DNA of 64,000 nucleotides from a virus: IMG/VR virus record IMGVR_UViG_3300045988_184160, positions 64,001 to 128,000 of that record; one strand, 5' to 3'. Shown piece by piece: positions 11,501 to 18,070 of this stretch (position 1 is its first letter; each line of letters starts with the position of its first letter). The notes under the pieces were generated by a model. It saw only the letters and a program-made list of their open reading frames with translations, ran no database searches and was not told where the DNA came from. The position numbers and the translations under genes were made by a program.

Positions 11501-13448
11501 TGTTGGTGACGAAGGCAACGGGCAGAAGCTTTGGGTCAGGGTTGTTGATAATGTTGGGCACGAGTCGTTCACTGAGAAGAACGTTTCTGTGGACACCACG
11601 GCACCTAAAATCAATGTCGAATACAGCGACGCAGGTAACCCTGTGATGCGTGATGGTGTCGCCTACTACAAGAACGGTCGCACCGCGAAAATCCGTATCG
11701 TTGAGAAGAACTTCGACCCGAACAAAGTTAGTGTGCGCGGCGCAACCCTCAATGGCTCATGGGTGAACACCGGTAATGACACGTGGGAGAACACTGCGAC
11801 CTTCAACGAGGACGGCACCTACGAATGGTCTGTTGATTTCACTGACAGGGCAGGGCATGCGGCGCAACCTTACAACTCAGGTAAGTTCATTGTGGACAAG
11901 ACCGCGCCCGTGGTGAACGTGGACTGGTCCGACAACAACGGAACACCTGACGGCTGGTACCGCACCAACCGGTCCGCGACCGTCACAGTGAAAGACGCCC
12001 ACTTCGACCCGTCAGGCGCTAAGTTCGACGGGAACGGGCGTATCTCAGCCTTCACCAAGCAAGGCGACACTTGGGTTGCGACCGTGACTTGGGATGAGAA
12101 GTACGATGGTGACCGCGAGTTCAACCTGTCCGCAACCGATATCGCAGGCAACCCGTCAGCAACCTATAACTCCGGCAAGTTCAAGGCTGACACCACACCC
12201 CCGAACGTGAAGATTGAGGGTGTGCAGAACGGTGTTATCTACAAGGAGAAGGTAGCGCCACGGATTGTTGTTGATGAGAAAAACATTGACCTCAGCAAGT
12301 CCACTGTGGTGGTGAAGAGCCGTAGCAGGGGCGAACTGAAGCTTGAGGGCGCGCTACAGCCTGGTAAGTCCACCCTATCCTTGCAGGGTATGGGTGACGG
12401 TAAGGACTGGGACGACCTGTACACGGTTGAAGCTAAAATCGTGGACAAGTCGGGGCAGACCACCACACAGGAATCCCAGTACATTGTGAACCGTTACGGG
12501 TCACAGTTCGATTTCAAGGATTTCAACTTCAAGGGCAAGTATGTCAAACAGTTGAAGAACGACATTGTTATTACCCAGACCTCCGTGGAGCGTATCGACC
12601 CGAAGAAGATACGCCCGCACGTACTGAGGGACGGCGCTAACATCCCTGTACCCTCCGACGCTTACAATGTGAAGGAGTCCGGTGGTGACAAGTCGAACTG
12701 GACGTACACGATCACCATCTCAAAGGACCTGTACAATTCCCATGACGGGGCGTACAGCACCCGTTTGACCTCCACCACCGAGACCGGTAAAGAGGAGAAC
12801 ACGTTCAAGCAGGAGCACCTGTTCGGTATTGACAACACTGCACCAGATATCCTGATCTCCGGTGTTGTTGAGCGCGGCTCATATCATGCCCCTGAGGGGT
12901 CTAAGAAGGTCACCGTCCAGGTGCATGAGCTGTCGGGTGTGGATAAGATCAGTATCAAGCTCAACGGCAAAGAGGTTGAGTCTGAGCATACTGAGGGTAC
13001 GGACGAGTGGTCTGTCATTGTCCCAGCTTCTTCAAACGCCCAGGATTTGGATGTTGAGGTTGTGGACATGGCAGGGAACCGTTCTTCCGAACATGTGGGC
13101 GAGTTCCATGTGACAGCTGACCTTGTGGAGGCTATCGTGAACTCAAACTGGATCCAGTACGTGCTGTGGGCTTTGGCTATTGTTTCCGTTGTTGGTCTCC
13201 CGATCCTGTGGCTCTGGCTGCGTAGGAAGAAGAAGGAGAAGGAGATGCGGGAGTCCACCCGTGAAGCGTTGAAGGCTGGCGCGTTCCTGTCTACGACGGG
13301 TGCACGTGGCACTGGTTCTCAGGGTGCTTCTGCTGGTGCTAAGGATGATGGTTCAGCATATGACGACACTGTTGTTGATGCTAGCGGGGATTCTGAGGCT
13401 ACAACTGTTGTCGGTGATAGTGACGGCACCACGGTTGTGCCTGAGTAG
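8556..13448 (+). CDS. giant Ig-like-repeat cell-surface protein (adhesin candidate), C-terminal TM anchor
   Basis: 1630 aa with signal peptide MSTTKKVATAAAVALVATQGVTAHA. At least 10 beta-rich modules end in a D-x-(A/V/L/M)-G-(N/H/R) motif (VVDNLGNS, VEDNAGHV, ATDKAGNS, VIDNVGHP, ATDAAGNV, ATDNVGRK, VVDNVGHE, FTDRAGHA, ATDIAGNP, VVDMAGNR). C-terminal TM helix plus RRKKKEKE and a ~85-aa Thr/Gly/Asp-rich tail. No LPXTG seen. Confidence 0.75.
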   Translation: MSTTKKVATAAAVALVATQGVTAHADDKKPDQGNKPAATQAPKQTNDKNDKKEEKKKDQETPKPAVKAKVAQQVKITPVGAGYDADGAAWYGPNTPLKVALSSSDGNPIGNARVTAQKVSSSGNPVGGQVEVFRGAVPDTAKEFTLPDMSLKSGERVAVTVAPENRQPAQTILGFDSEAPEAPSMTLITSGGVTHGDTTFFQQEDVQLRLARFADEGAGVKTVSLERSDDNGKTWKEYRTVNGAENNRGTEWHIQDSGTYRFRVVDNLGNSKAYGLHDLYDGIQDKIEVKATSKPGAVDFGVNGQKPHDGWYKDAAVVDVTVKSTGFWNSSRITVNGQEAVGNKIGSGDRTEKYTIDLSKFPKPGDGTYNIDVHTLNMFQRDTISHKVKADFEAPTAKLWLESDNGNLENGTWYTPKAPVFGIDANDEASGVKSVTLTYEDFGGNKKTLNIPVGERSVKLDSSGRNFTLTVEDNAGHVTTTPLGGNVASVDYDTQAPTIGNVTDPKTVDYSGAKWLTSRDGALGFSIPDNDLSRVDAHINGQKVQVGRDGDRFTIDLAQANILNGKIELSVTATDKAGNSTDLHRVWMVDSEAPSEIRADVHGDVQVTPWGAYAKTMPTMQVTAVDNGSGVAKYQLLDGSGNVTAESGNGFFTSIPAGTTQVRVIDNVGHPTLVPLSKITPFSQAPVIDPNAPAVKINRPEAQHNNWYANDFTLSADATDNASLKSAQLYVNGVLVSQFDARDAAKSANLSVDTSKLGEPKDGKYSVRVVATDAAGNVTESTDEFNIDRVNPEVVSFNFDTTGTQPATASEDYGVFVSSSTGVNIIARDPGASSGVRSITYTLRNADGSINRQETVNAVGGSAYVTFPADFKGYVDAVATDNVGRKSSSVHPYGIVSETSNWHANTAKVAISTPETSMSDAQGTPLYDRATTATYNISSPVAGIKKVTYGIGSKTLGELSPEQLQVTSRDKNLVTGATGTFNVGDEGNGQKLWVRVVDNVGHESFTEKNVSVDTTAPKINVEYSDAGNPVMRDGVAYYKNGRTAKIRIVEKNFDPNKVSVRGATLNGSWVNTGNDTWENTATFNEDGTYEWSVDFTDRAGHAAQPYNSGKFIVDKTAPVVNVDWSDNNGTPDGWYRTNRSATVTVKDAHFDPSGAKFDGNGRISAFTKQGDTWVATVTWDEKYDGDREFNLSATDIAGNPSATYNSGKFKADTTPPNVKIEGVQNGVIYKEKVAPRIVVDEKNIDLSKSTVVVKSRSRGELKLEGALQPGKSTLSLQGMGDGKDWDDLYTVEAKIVDKSGQTTTQESQYIVNRYGSQFDFKDFNFKGKYVKQLKNDIVITQTSVERIDPKKIRPHVLRDGANIPVPSDAYNVKESGGDKSNWTYTITISKDLYNSHDGAYSTRLTSTTETGKEENTFKQEHLFGIDNTAPDILISGVVERGSYHAPEGSKKVTVQVHELSGVDKISIKLNGKEVESEHTEGTDEWSVIVPASSNAQDLDVEVVDMAGNRSSEHVGEFHVTADLVEAIVNSNWIQYVLWALAIVSVVGLPILWLWLRRKKKEKEMRESTREALKAGAFLSTTGARGTGSQGASAGAKDDGSAYDDTVVDASGDSEATTVVGDSDGTTVVPE

Positions 13449-13472
13449 GGGCCTTACGGGCTGCTGATCGTA

Positions 13473-13508
13473 GGGGGTGGCGCTTTGCGTGTCACCCCCT
13501 ATTTCTTT
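13473..13508 (+). terminator. rho-independent terminator-like hairpin
   Basis: gggggtg ... caccccc stem followed by tatttcttta, 25 nt after the stop of the surface-protein gene. Confidence 0.6.
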
Positions 13509-13616
13509 ATGGTTTTTTCAATATTTATTCATAAAATAATTTGTTCTTCCGGTTTTAACGGAATGTTAGAATTGGTAGTAAGGAAGAATCTCGTCAATGA
13601 TTTGGAGTTGAATTTT

Positions 13617-14093
13617 ATGGTTTTACAGCAATATGGTAATCCGCCTGCTAAGGCTGGTTGGGAGCCTTTTGGCGGGGACAGGTATTATGTGTCTCATGTG
13701 GTGGTGACTTTACCTGAAAAGACTGGTGGGGATTATAAATGTGATTTTCATTTGATTCCTGCGACGACTTTGAAGGGTAAAAATCTTGGGCGTATTGTCC
13801 AGTCTGTGACTTATACTGCGGAGAAGTATAGGGAGAAAGTTTCGGATGATAAGTGGAGGGCTAATAAGGTTACTCATGCTTTTCCTGTGGTGACTGATTT
13901 CGGGTCTGGTGCGGGTAATAAGAATGAGAAGAAGTGTATTTTTTTTGGGTTTTCTGTGCGGGGTAATGATTGTTTTGTGAGGACTGTTAATAGGGGTTTG
14001 GTGGCTTTTTCGGAGTCGTTGTTGGATGTTGATCAGGCGGCTGATTATGGGTTGCCTATTGGAGAGTATTTGACGGGGCGTGGTGTTAGATAA
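13617..14093 (+). CDS. hypothetical protein (C-depleted, G+T-rich orphan gene)
   Basis: In-frame ATG at 13617 with ggag 9 nt upstream. The track start at 13485 lies inside the preceding terminator. 158 aa with no motif recognised. Flanked by terminators on both sides. Confidence 0.55.
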   Translation: MVLQQYGNPPAKAGWEPFGGDRYYVSHVVVTLPEKTGGDYKCDFHLIPATTLKGKNLGRIVQSVTYTAEKYREKVSDDKWRANKVTHAFPVVTDFGSGAGNKNEKKCIFFGFSVRGNDCFVRTVNRGLVAFSESLLDVDQAADYGLPIGEYLTGRGVR

Positions 14094-14109
14094 CTTGGGT
14101 GCTATATGT

Positions 14110-14143
14110 CCCCAGTGGCTTTCGAGCTGCTGGGGATTTTTTG
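14110..14143 (+). terminator. rho-independent terminator
   Basis: ccccagtggc ... gctgctgggg stem followed by attttttg. Confidence 0.7.
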
Positions 14144-14171
14144 TGTCTACATCTCACCTAACTTGTTGGTT

Positions 14172-14200
14172 TTGATAATTATTGAAACATGGTCTACAAT
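14172..14200 (+). promoter_or_regulatory. sigma-70-like promoter candidate (TTGATA-17 nt-TACAAT)
   Basis: ttgata at 14172-14177, a 17-nt spacer, then tacaat at 14195-14200. It sits ~39 nt upstream of the ATG at 14239 and just after a terminator. Confidence 0.5.
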
Positions 14201-14238
14201 CTTATATAGGAGATAACAACCCGAAAGGACATAAGACC

Positions 14239-15000
14239 ATGAACAGCCCCCGACCGAACCGCATAAAATACATCCTCAACCCCCACGTATGTGACATGCT
14301 CACCGACATGTACGGTACCCAGCAGAACTGTGAAAAAGAGCTGGGACTATCACATGGAACCATTAGCAAATGGCGTCACGGCACCGCCAGCCCCGAAGGA
14401 GACCACCTAAAAGCTCTCATAGCCCTCACAGGCTACCCAGAAGCCGGTATCCGCCTCCCGGCAACAGAAGACCCAGAAAACGCCCCACAGGCCCCCTACA
14501 GCCCCTCTGAGGGGGAAACCAGCATCCCCCTTGCAATCATCAACGACAGCACCCTCACCTGGGAACAACGCGCCGCATACGCAAAACACCTCTCCCTCCC
14601 CGCCACCCGCAAAAACGACTTCCCCGCATTCCGAGAACTCCCCTACCACCCCAGCATCAAACCCATCAAAAAGAACACGCTCTACAAAAAACTCGACCAC
14701 ACCAAATACGCGGAAAACCCAACCCTCACCATCCCCAACGAAATCATCAACAGCACCACCCTCGACCTCGAATCAATCGGGATGCTCATCTACCTCATCG
14801 CCAACCCACCCACCAACGAAGGCAAAATCAGGGAAAAACTCGTAGAAGCAAGCCCCGCAGCATACAAAGTCGTCAACCGCATCAGCCAGAAACTCATCGC
14901 AGCAGGAGAAATCACTGAACGCCGCACACGCGATGAACACAGGGGTAACCGCTTCGGTTCCCTCGTGTGGGAAGTCACTCGTGTAGCACAAGAAGGCTAG
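14239..15000 (+). CDS. HTH (XRE-like) plus C-terminal winged-helix protein, replication/regulatory candidate
   Basis: ATG at 14239 with gaaagga upstream. N-terminal HTH (EKELGLSHGTISKWRHG). The C-terminus (IGMLIYLIANPP...LIAAGEITERRTRDEHRGNRFGSLVWEV) resembles the wHTH next door. The sequence is extremely A+C-rich. Confidence 0.65.
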   Translation: MNSPRPNRIKYILNPHVCDMLTDMYGTQQNCEKELGLSHGTISKWRHGTASPEGDHLKALIALTGYPEAGIRLPATEDPENAPQAPYSPSEGETSIPLAIINDSTLTWEQRAAYAKHLSLPATRKNDFPAFRELPYHPSIKPIKKNTLYKKLDHTKYAENPTLTIPNEIINSTTLDLESIGMLIYLIANPPTNEGKIREKLVEASPAAYKVVNRISQKLIAAGEITERRTRDEHRGNRFGSLVWEVTRVAQEG

Positions 15001-15001
15001 C

Positions 15002-15370
15002 ATGGCTTGGCAGTTACTCAATATTGCGGTGGAGGTGACACACCTCGACAAGGAGCTTGATATTCCGGTACCCAATGGAGCGAAAAGTATTTTGCTTTGC
15101 CTAGCATCCCATGCGGACAAGCAGGGGGTGTGCTTCCCGTCCTATCGAACCTTCCGTAAATGGGGTACTGCCACATGGACTCGGACAACCATCAAGCGGA
15201 ATCTCAAGATGCTAGCGGATCATGGGCTGCTTGAGGTGTCCCCTAGACGTGATAGGTCTGGGCGGAATACGTCGAGCCTTTATAGGCTAAATGTTCCTCG
15301 TTTGAGGGAGTTGGCGGAGGTGTGTGGAGCAGGTGGAGAGGAGGATACGGAAGGAGAATTTGGGGAGTAG
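15002..15370 (+). CDS. helix-turn-helix (HTH_36/DnaD-like winged helix) protein, origin-binding candidate
   Basis: 122 aa. NGAKSILLCLASHADKQGVCFPSYRTFRKWGTATWTRTTIKRNLKMLADHGLLEVSPRRDRSGRNTSSLYRLN matches the pattern of phage/plasmid replication-associated wHTH proteins. The stop lies 8 nt before the iteron array. Confidence 0.65.
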   Translation: MAWQLLNIAVEVTHLDKELDIPVPNGAKSILLCLASHADKQGVCFPSYRTFRKWGTATWTRTTIKRNLKMLADHGLLEVSPRRDRSGRNTSSLYRLNVPRLRELAEVCGAGGEEDTEGEFGE

Positions 15371-15378
15371 CTCATAGG

Positions 15379-15447
15379 GGGGGTACGTCCCATGATGGGA
15401 CGGGGGTACGTCCCATGATGGGACGGGGGTACGTCCCATGATGGGAC
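15379..15447. repeat. three perfect tandem 23-bp direct repeats (iteron-like)
   Basis: GGGGGTACGTCCCATGATGGGAC occurs at 15379-15401, 15402-15424 and 15425-15447. Each unit contains the 15-bp palindrome GTCCCAT-G-ATGGGAC. Confidence 0.95.
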
Positions 15448-15727
15448 GTCTTTAATCTTTAAAAGGAATCTTTAGAAGGAACCTAGCTTGGCTCTTGGTC
15501 TACTTTTACTCTTCATTGCAATTAATTTTTCTTTTTTTGATTTTTGATCTACCTTCTTCTTAATTTCAATTTTACTCTTCTAAAATATTAGGATTACCTA
15601 ATTTTTAATTTAGCATATACTATATATATAAATTTCTAATTTTTTGATTTTGAGAAAGTTTTAAAATATATATAATTATATAAGAGATTTTTGAAAAAAT
15701 TAAGAAAAATTTTCAAAAATTAGAGAG
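15448..15727. other. AT-rich non-coding region, putative DNA-unwinding element of a replication origin
   Basis: ~280 bp with no ORF and very low GC by eye (runs such as ttaatttttctttttttgatttttgat and atatactatatatataaatttc). It also holds short internal repeats (ttttactcttc x2, tttttga x2). It lies directly after the iterons and the wHTH genes. Confidence 0.6.
15454..15479. repeat. two tandem 13-bp repeats AATCTTTARAAGG
   Basis: aatctttaaaagg (15454-15466) and aatctttagaagg (15467-15479), 12/13 identical, immediately after the iterons. Confidence 0.7.
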
Positions 15728-15763
15728 ATGAAAAAACGAAAAAACAAAAATGGAAGGAGAAAA

Positions 15764-16294
15764 ATGAAACCCGAAACATGCAAAAAACTCTGGGAAACAC
15801 TAGGAAAAACAGACAAAGCACGACAAAACAAATACACGCCACTAACCCAAGAAGAAGCTGAACAATGGTCAAACTACCTACACAACATCCCAGACGACCC
15901 TAAAAATAACAACCACTACATCCAGCTCATAGTCAGCACGATTCTCAGCAAAGAACTCCTAGTCATACCAACACTGGGGCACCTCAAAACAGCTTGGGAA
16001 GAAATCTCTCAAAAAATCAACATAGCACTAGATCATATGGGCAAAATTGAAGAGAGGATTCAAAGGATACTCAACGACCAAGAGACTATGGAGAATGAGA
16101 TGCGTCAAGCACTTGTGAACTCGTATCTAGCTCATTATGAGTCTCTACCTGAGGAAGTGAAGAAGATGTACCCAAAGAGGGACTTTTCAGAATTTTTAGA
16201 AGGAGGAAAAACCCATGAAGTAGCTAGGAAACGGGGAGAAAGGGTAAATTCACCGCTTGGTGATTGGCGTAGTATGATGGTTATCCCTGAGTGA
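15764..16294 (+). CDS. hypothetical protein
   Basis: ATG at 15764 preceded by aaggag. The track start at 15728 has no spacing for an SD. 176 aa with no motif recognised. Confidence 0.6.
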   Translation: MKPETCKKLWETLGKTDKARQNKYTPLTQEEAEQWSNYLHNIPDDPKNNNHYIQLIVSTILSKELLVIPTLGHLKTAWEEISQKINIALDHMGKIEERIQRILNDQETMENEMRQALVNSYLAHYESLPEEVKKMYPKRDFSEFLEGGKTHEVARKRGERVNSPLGDWRSMMVIPE

Positions 16295-16310
16295 AAGGAA
16301 GATAGGAAGT

Positions 16311-16736
16311 ATGAAACTGAGAATTAAAGAGCTAAGCTCTGGATGCATCCCTCAGAGGGCACATGCTGAAGATGCTGGTGCTGACTTAGTATCGAAAGAA
16401 GACGTTGTTATCCCTGCTGGTGGTAGAACTTTAGTGGGAACTGGTATCGCTATTGAGACACCTGAGGGTATGGTTTCTCTCGTGTGTTCCCGCTCTGGGT
16501 TAGCTGCTAAACATGGTGTTCATGTGCTGAATGGGCCTGGAGTGGTTGACCCTGGGTACACTGGTGAAGTTTTTGTGAACCTCCACAATTCTGGGTGTGA
16601 AGATTTTCATATTCAGGCTGGTGATCGTGTCGCTCAGCTACTCTTAGTGCCCGTGGTCTATCCTGAGTTTAAGGTTTCTGATTCACTTGGTTCTAGCGAC
16701 CGTGGTGAATCAGGGCACGGTTCCACTGGATTATAA
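16311..16736 (+). CDS. dut: dUTP diphosphatase (trimeric dUTPase)
   Basis: 141 aa with the dUTPase motifs AEDAGADL, GTGIAIE, SRSGLAAKHGV, GVVDPGYTGE, GDRVAQL and a C-terminal RGESGHGSTG. Confidence 0.9.
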   Translation: MKLRIKELSSGCIPQRAHAEDAGADLVSKEDVVIPAGGRTLVGTGIAIETPEGMVSLVCSRSGLAAKHGVHVLNGPGVVDPGYTGEVFVNLHNSGCEDFHIQAGDRVAQLLLVPVVYPEFKVSDSLGSSDRGESGHGSTGL

Positions 16737-16764
16737 TTTTTTGAGAAGAAAGGAAGAGAATAAT

Positions 16765-17451
16765 ATGAGCTTCGATATCGCGTCCGCTACCTTAGTGGGG
16801 AACGTTACTAAGGACCCTGAGGTTAGGTACACGCCTAACGGAAAGATGGTAGTTAATTTCACTGTTGCCATGACTCGGAAGAAAAAAGACGAGGCGGGGC
16901 AGTGGGTTGATAAGGGAAAACCGCTGTTTAAGGCTTGCACGGCTTGGGGAGTAGTTGCTGAGGCTGTGGTTAATAACATCAAAAAGGGCGACCCTGTTAT
17001 TGTGCTTGGGCACTATGAGGACAGCTCTTATGAGATTGAGGTTAAAGACTCTCAGGGTAACCCAGTGATTGATCTTGAGACTCGCACCCCTATTATGAAG
17101 CGGGTCTCTGCGGATCGAGTCATCGTTGATACCGTGGGTCATGATCTGCGTTGGGGTACTGCTAGGTTTGAACGTCGTTCTGCATCTCAGGGTTATGCTA
17201 GTGGTGCGGGTGCTCCCGCTTATCAGGGGCAGGGCCCGCAGGGTGGCTCACCTGCCGCTGGGTGGGGTGGGGGTAATTACCCTGCTGCGGGGGCTGCGCA
17301 GCCTCCTCAGGGCGCGTATGGGGGTGTGTCGGGTGGACATCACCCGAGTGAAGGTTTCCCTCCTAAGCCGAGCGCACAGGGCTTCTCGCAAGGGAACCTG
17401 CAGGGTGGTTACCCCGTGTCGGAGCCGCTTGAGGAAGAGCCTCCGTTCTAA
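16765..17451 (+). CDS. ssb: single-stranded DNA-binding protein
   Basis: ATG at 16765 after aggaagag. OB-fold N-terminus MSFDIASATLVGNVTKDPEVRYTPNGKMVVNFTVA, a Gly/Gln/Pro-rich linker and an acidic tail ending EEEPPF. Confidence 0.9.
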   Translation: MSFDIASATLVGNVTKDPEVRYTPNGKMVVNFTVAMTRKKKDEAGQWVDKGKPLFKACTAWGVVAEAVVNNIKKGDPVIVLGHYEDSSYEIEVKDSQGNPVIDLETRTPIMKRVSADRVIVDTVGHDLRWGTARFERRSASQGYASGAGAPAYQGQGPQGGSPAAGWGGGNYPAAGAAQPPQGAYGGVSGGHHPSEGFPPKPSAQGFSQGNLQGGYPVSEPLEEEPPF

Positions 17452-17497
17452 AAACAACCCTGAAAAACGTAGAAACCCAATAAACCGAAAGAACGAA

Positions 17498-17950
17498 ATG
17501 AACCACGTAAAAACCAGCTACGATGCTTTCAAATATCTAGTGGATTCCCGTAGCACCATCCTGAAAATCAGTACACCCAACTGTTTCCAATGCAAAATGG
17601 CTACCCGATGGGCTGAGGATCACGGGTTCCATGATGGTGTTGATTATGTTGAGGTGAACCTAGGTGACCTTGATAAGCCTGATGAAGCGCTCGCATACCT
17701 ACGTCAAGTAGTAAGTGACGCATTCGGTGTACCAGTAGATAAAATCCCAACTGCTGCACCTTGGTTTATTAACTTGAGGAATGTCCCCAAAACAGACATT
17801 AGCGAGGACAATGAAATGGTGAGTGAACCTCCCGTTATCGACTTCGACAGCCCCGCTTTGCAGCTGTTCGGGTACCAGCCCTCAAACCTTCCGACCCTGT
17901 TCAGTGGGACACTCCCCGCACGGGAGCAGGAGATGCGCCTCGTAGCATAG
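17498..17950 (+). CDS. glutaredoxin/NrdH-like redoxin with C-terminal extension
   Basis: ATG at 17498. ILKISTPNCFQCKMATRWAEDHGFHDGVDYVEVNL shows a CxxC thioredoxin-fold pattern like NrdH. The upstream part of the track ORF 17126.. overlaps ssb out of frame and is discarded. Confidence 0.55.
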   Translation: MNHVKTSYDAFKYLVDSRSTILKISTPNCFQCKMATRWAEDHGFHDGVDYVEVNLGDLDKPDEALAYLRQVVSDAFGVPVDKIPTAAPWFINLRNVPKTDISEDNEMVSEPPVIDFDSPALQLFGYQPSNLPTLFSGTLPAREQEMRLVA

Positions 17951-17978
17951 AAACCCCAATGCTGAAAAACAAAAATTG

Positions 17979-18012
17979 GTCTACCATAGTGGCGTGTGGT
18001 AGACTCTTTTTT
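17979..18012 (+). terminator. rho-independent terminator
   Basis: gtctacca ... tggtagac stem followed by tctttttt. Confidence 0.7.
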
Positions 18013-18070
18013 GTTTACAAAACAAGGAAAAAACACGTAAACCGAACCACAGAAACAAGCAAAAGAAATC

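Noticed and set aside
13100-13448. Sortase (LPXTG) anchoring of the 1630-aa surface protein.
   Set aside because: There is no LPXTG-like motif before the C-terminal helix. The helix is followed by an 85-aa tail rather than a short basic stop, so the protein is called TM-anchored.
13485-13616. Upstream extension of the 13617..14093 ORF.
   Set aside because: The track start lies inside the terminator hairpin of the previous operon and encodes a hydrophobic, T-rich-derived peptide with no SD.
14407-14845. Alternative-frame ORFs 14531..14845 (+) and 14407..14700 (-) inside the HTH gene.
   Set aside because: The products are Pro/Ser/Thr-only or Gly/Val-only strings. These are generated by the extreme A+C bias of this block, which removes stop codons from all frames.
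15379-15447. Possible CRISPR array.
   Set aside because: The three 23-bp repeats are contiguous with no spacers, and no cas genes are present. They fit iterons instead.
17126-17497. N-terminal 124 codons of track ORF 17126..17950.
   Set aside because: This part overlaps ssb out of frame and translates to Arg/Val/Leu-rich nonsense. The redoxin-like sequence begins at the internal ATG at 17498.
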